DNA of 63,120 nt, filler included, from Globobulimina sp. (taxonomy: Eukaryota), in NCBI GenBank assembly GCA_003354225.1. It is 32 parts of 32 records of this genome, joined end to end, with 100 filler letters (N's around TTAATTAATTAA, not from the genome) between each part and the next. Parts side by side here need not be neighbours in the genome. Positions count along the whole stretch, not along the records: positions 59,273 to 61,146 come from PIVH01011015.1; positions 61,247 to 63,120 come from PIVH01011016.1; 30 more parts are not named here. One strand, given 5' to 3'. A model generated the notes under the pieces. The model was not told where the DNA came from. It worked only from the letters and a program-made list of their open reading frames with translations, and searched no databases. Positions 59,429 to 63,120 of this stretch are shown one piece after another (within the stretch, counting starts at the first letter, position 1; each line of letters starts with the position of its first letter). Made by a program: the position numbers and the translations under genes.

Positions 59429-61146
59429 ATGGGAACAAAAAAAAAGAAGATCCAGGCCCCAAACCTAACAGGCAATGCCCATTTGGAACAATCACCGGTA
59501 AACTTACTATCATTACGCGAACACGGTCGAAACGAGATCTCCAACATCTTATCCCGAGTCGAAGGCAAATCCAAACATTTAATCTGGGATTCCAACTTAA
59601 TCGGTCCCTTAAACTATATAATCCAAACCAAAATGTTAAATAATTTGGGCATCCAAGTTCGAACCACTTTAAACCTAAAATCGGATCGCATCAATTCTGA
59701 CTGCGACTCAATAATTTATTTAGCGTATCCCACCATCACTGCAATGAAAGCAATCTCCACTCAAATTGTCTCCCATTCAAAAGGACGCAAGAAACATTTC
59801 TATTTATTATTAATGCCACGACGCACTTTGTTGAGTACGCGTGCACTCAAAATGTACGGTGCCTACGGCTCCTTAAATCCTATCAACTCTCCCTCGCATA
59901 TTTTGGATCTAAACATCGAATGGTACCCCATTGACGCGGATGTACTATCTTTAGAGAACAAGCGTTGTTTCCACCAGTTACTGCATGGCAATATATCGTC
60001 GATCATGGATATTGCGCGCGCATTGACTTCCTTACAAGCCGTGTTTGGCCGCTTTCCCATCGTACGCAGCAAAGGGGATTTTAGCTGCGCTGTGGTGGAT
60101 ATTATGAAGCGATTAATGAACGAAGATGTGGACTTATTTGATGACACAGGTTCGCACTTTGCTCCTTTCATAATCTGTCAACTTCCAACAAACTGAACAG
60201 GCGCCAGAGGGGAATATAACATCTCGCAATGCATACTCATCGATCGCAGCATCGATATGATTACAGGCTGTTTGACGCCAACCACTTACGAAGGTGTATT
60301 GGACGAAGTATTCCATATCGACAACAGCATAATTCGAGTCAGTAAGAGTTTATTAGGCAAATCTGCGCAGAAAACAAAAGGCCGCGGCGATGAAGTCAAT
60401 CTTGTTTTGAATTCTAGCGATTTGATCTACAAACAAATCCGCGACACTTCCTTTCGTTATTTGGGCAAGTTATTGTCCACAATGGCGGAGCATATACGGC
60501 TGGGCTACGAAGCCAGACACGAAGCGAAAACGAGTAAGGAGTTGAATGCGTACATTAAAAGGTTTAAGAACTTGCATGCCGACCATTCCTTAGTTGAGCA
60601 GCACGTGCATTTGGCGGATTATATCTCGTTGCAAACGTCCAAGAAAATGAAGTATAAACGGAAGATGGAGCACGAATTTGCATTGTTGAGCTCGCAGCAA
60701 GTACCCAATGGAGTGTCTGGCGAGGAGTATTTGGAGGAGTTGATTGGCCGCGGCGAGTGCATTGAATCTGTGTTGAAATTCATGATATTGATATCTTTGA
60801 CGTGCGGTGGCATTCAAAGTAAAAAATATGACGTTCTAAAAAAAGATATCATACAAACGTATGGCATCCAACATGTATTAACATTGGATTTGTTGGAGAA
60901 GTATGGATTGATATCGTATTCGTCGACATTTTCTAGGTTGTATTCGTCGCAAAATGAATATTTTAGTTGGAGCTCTGTGCGGAAATCGTTTAATTTAATT
61001 CGTTTAAAAGAAGAGTTGGATTTTCTGTTAACGAAAGTGGCAAATAAATGTCCGACACAGCAGGAAGTTGCAGAAATGGTGAGCAATCCATCCATTTTAG
61101 GCCCATCGGATATAAATTTGGTGGGTGGTTATAGCGGCGGTGGCTA
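59429..61146 (+). CDS. VPS33: Vacuolar protein sorting 33 (Sec1/Munc18 family), 3' partial (51-nt intron 60150..60200)
   Basis: KHLIWD..LIGPL, MPRRTLL, YPIDADVLSLE, ILIDRSIDMIT..TYEGVLDE, LNSSDLIYKQIRD, DIIQTYG. Confidence 0.92.
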
Positions 61147-61447
61147 NNNNNNNNNNNNNNNNNNNNNNNNNNNNNNNNNNNNNNNNNNNNTTAATTAATT
61201 AANNNNNNNNNNNNNNNNNNNNNNNNNNNNNNNNNNNNNNNNNNNNGTACATTCACTAAATTCCGATACTTTATCATCAGATTCAGAGGCATTGCAATAT
61301 TGAATAGCAAATGTAGTCATCACAATAAATGCTAAAGAATAATTCATTTGTATTTGTTATACTTGATTGTAAGATGAATTTGTTTAGTTTAAAGTTGTGC
61401 GATTGTGCGAACTATAGAGTTTTTGCTTTTAGTTCATTTAATGATGA

Positions 61448-61592
61448 AAATCTTAATATCAGGGTTCTCACCTCATAGACGATAGCAACGATAGATTTTT
61501 CCTGGATTCTAGCATCTGAAAGAAGAGACAAATCTATTCAATAAAGGCAAAAATTTGTCGTTTATGAGGTGCGAACCCTGATATTAAGATTT
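61448..61592. mobile_element. 145-bp MITE-like element with ~35-bp imperfect terminal inverted repeats
   Basis: AAATCTTAATATCAGGGTTCTCACCTCATAGACGA / TCGTTTATGAGGTGCGAACCCTGATATTAAGATTT (2 mismatches). Confidence 0.8.
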
Positions 61593-62046
61593 AATGAATC
61601 AATACATTTTCAATGATATTAAGTTTTGATTCGCGTAAAAAACATGGCCGAGATTTGCCACTGGAACAAGAATATGAGCGCCTATTAGCAGCGAATGACA
61701 GTTTGAATGATTTGGTATGTTTTAAAAATATAGTGATTGGAATTGCTGATTTTCGCATTTGGTGGAAGTTTCCTCATCGATGGGATTTCACTAATTTCAT
61801 CAACTTATTCCGCAAACATCCACTGCGACTCTTTTAACATTATATTTTTAACCTATTGATGCATTTTAGTGTTGCTGATTATCCCGATGTTGATGATTAA
61901 TTATTGTGATTGACATGCAAAATCTGTAAATGTATTTCTTGCAGCTGTATACAGTACATGTGCAGGAACATAATTATTAATAGAAATTACAAGCTATTTA
62001 TTTTTCATAATTCAGTAGTTATACAATTATTATATCCTACTCTCAC

Positions 62047-63010
62047 ATGACGATGATTCTATTCCCAATCGCAATATTAAGTGTTAAGATAGCACAATCG
62101 CAAGAATTGCCATGTTGGAGAGCCAAATGTGGTACTCCCACCACACAGTGTGTCAATATTTTATCAAATTCTGAACCAAGATGTTGCGTTTCACACTTTG
62201 ACCCAACAACATGTGATGACAATGCCTGGCAATCTACAACAAAACAAATAGCAAATATAGCATGTGATGGACAAACATATCGCAATGAATGTGAAAGACA
62301 ATGTGCTGGTGCTATTACATACAATTGCTTAGTTCCACCATGTTATGGTAAAACATGTCCAGCATCTCCGGGAGCAGTGTGCAAAGAAGATTATTGTGGT
62401 GGTTGTAATTACTATTTTGAAGCTAAAAACGGAAATAAATTATCAAAAACAGAGTGTAATGTATGTTCAGATCGAACAACTATGGAATATGTAGAATGTG
62501 GCTCTGCGTGCACTCCAAGCTGCGATGACCCACTCCCAATTTGTACAAAACAATGTGTTGCAAGATGTCAATGTAAAGCAGATTTTCCATTTTATTCAAA
62601 AGATGAAAGCAAATGCATGAAAGCAGAACAATGTACAATGACAAATGGTGTGTATCAATATATTAATGTCTTGCAAGTGTGTTTTGTTATTTTTGTATGT
62701 TTTGTATAGGAACAGAAGCAATAAATTGTGATAATTGCAATAGATATTTTGATGGGTGCAATTTGTGTGGCTGTGATGCAGAGAGAAATGCGATTTGTAC
62801 AGAACTGTATTGTGAATTTCCAGATGATGCAAGGTGTGTTGATGTAGATACAACGGATACAACAATTGTTGATTTGTGCAGTGACGGATGTGCGAGTTAT
62901 TATGATGGATGCAATAATTGTAAATGTGGGCACCCTGTGATGTGTACATTGATGGCTTGCGATGTTGAGCAAATGGAAGGGTCGTACTGCACGTCATGTC
63001 AGGAAAAAAA
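62047..63010 (+). CDS. Secreted Cys-rich multi-domain protease-inhibitor-like protein (Kazal, TIL, two pacifastin-like repeats); intron 62648..62709
   Basis: CDGQTYRNEC (Kazal), YVECGSACTPSCDDPLPICTKQCVARCQC (TIL). After splicing: FDGCNLCGC..CTELYC and YDGCNNCKC..CTLMAC. Confidence 0.8.
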
Positions 63011-63070
63011 AAATATCAATATATCGATAAAACCCCATCCACCCCAAAAAATCATCGGTATATCGATCGA

Positions 63071-63105
<35 letters not shown>

Positions 63106-63120
63106 ACCCCCCCTCCCCCC

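Noticed and set aside
60150-60200. In-frame TGA in VPS33 as readthrough, selenocysteine or an alternative code
   Set aside because: The TGA lies in a 51-nt GT..AG intron whose removal keeps the frame. Other genes end in TAA, TAG and TGA normally.
1878-61246. Regularly spaced TTAATTAATTAA as a biological repeat or CRISPR-like array; gene neighbourhoods across it
   Set aside because: It is an N-padded six-frame-stop linker between length-sorted contigs.

Overview
This window is not a contiguous locus. It is 32 unrelated contigs of 1877 to 1874 bp, sorted by decreasing length and joined by 31 artificial 100-bp spacers (N44-TTAATTAATTAA-N44), so nothing can be inferred across spacers. Most contigs come from an AT-rich eukaryote with short (mostly 50-100 nt) GT-AG introns and the standard code. 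The gene repertoire resembles a foraminiferan/rhizarian protist (inference only). Recognisable genes include RBM22, WRAP53/TCAB1, DNAAF4, VPS33, RPS27, an FKBP, a tyrosinase, a PKD1-like protein, a CE4 deacetylase, a 2OG-Fe(II) oxygenase, an SGNH hydrolase, F-box/LRR and SPRY proteins, a non-LTR RT, tRNA-Ile(TAT), and RecQ and H2B fragments. Best leads: (1) a free-standing bacterial/phage-type two-motif LAGLIDADG endonuclease with an apparent mitochondrial presequence, head-to-head with an intron-containing host gene; (2) a spliced eukaryotic RelA/SpoT-synthetase-like nucleotidyltransferase fused to SAM and WW domains; (3) tRNA-like units with intact Pol III boxes but a missing or broken anticodon arm; (4) a recurrent GYxR...IPxEI motif; (5) ~50-bp bidirectional intergenic spacers; (6) several MITE/hairpin families; (7) a bacterial-bacterial-eukaryotic chimeric contig. 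All calls are by-eye motif recognition; no database searches were run.
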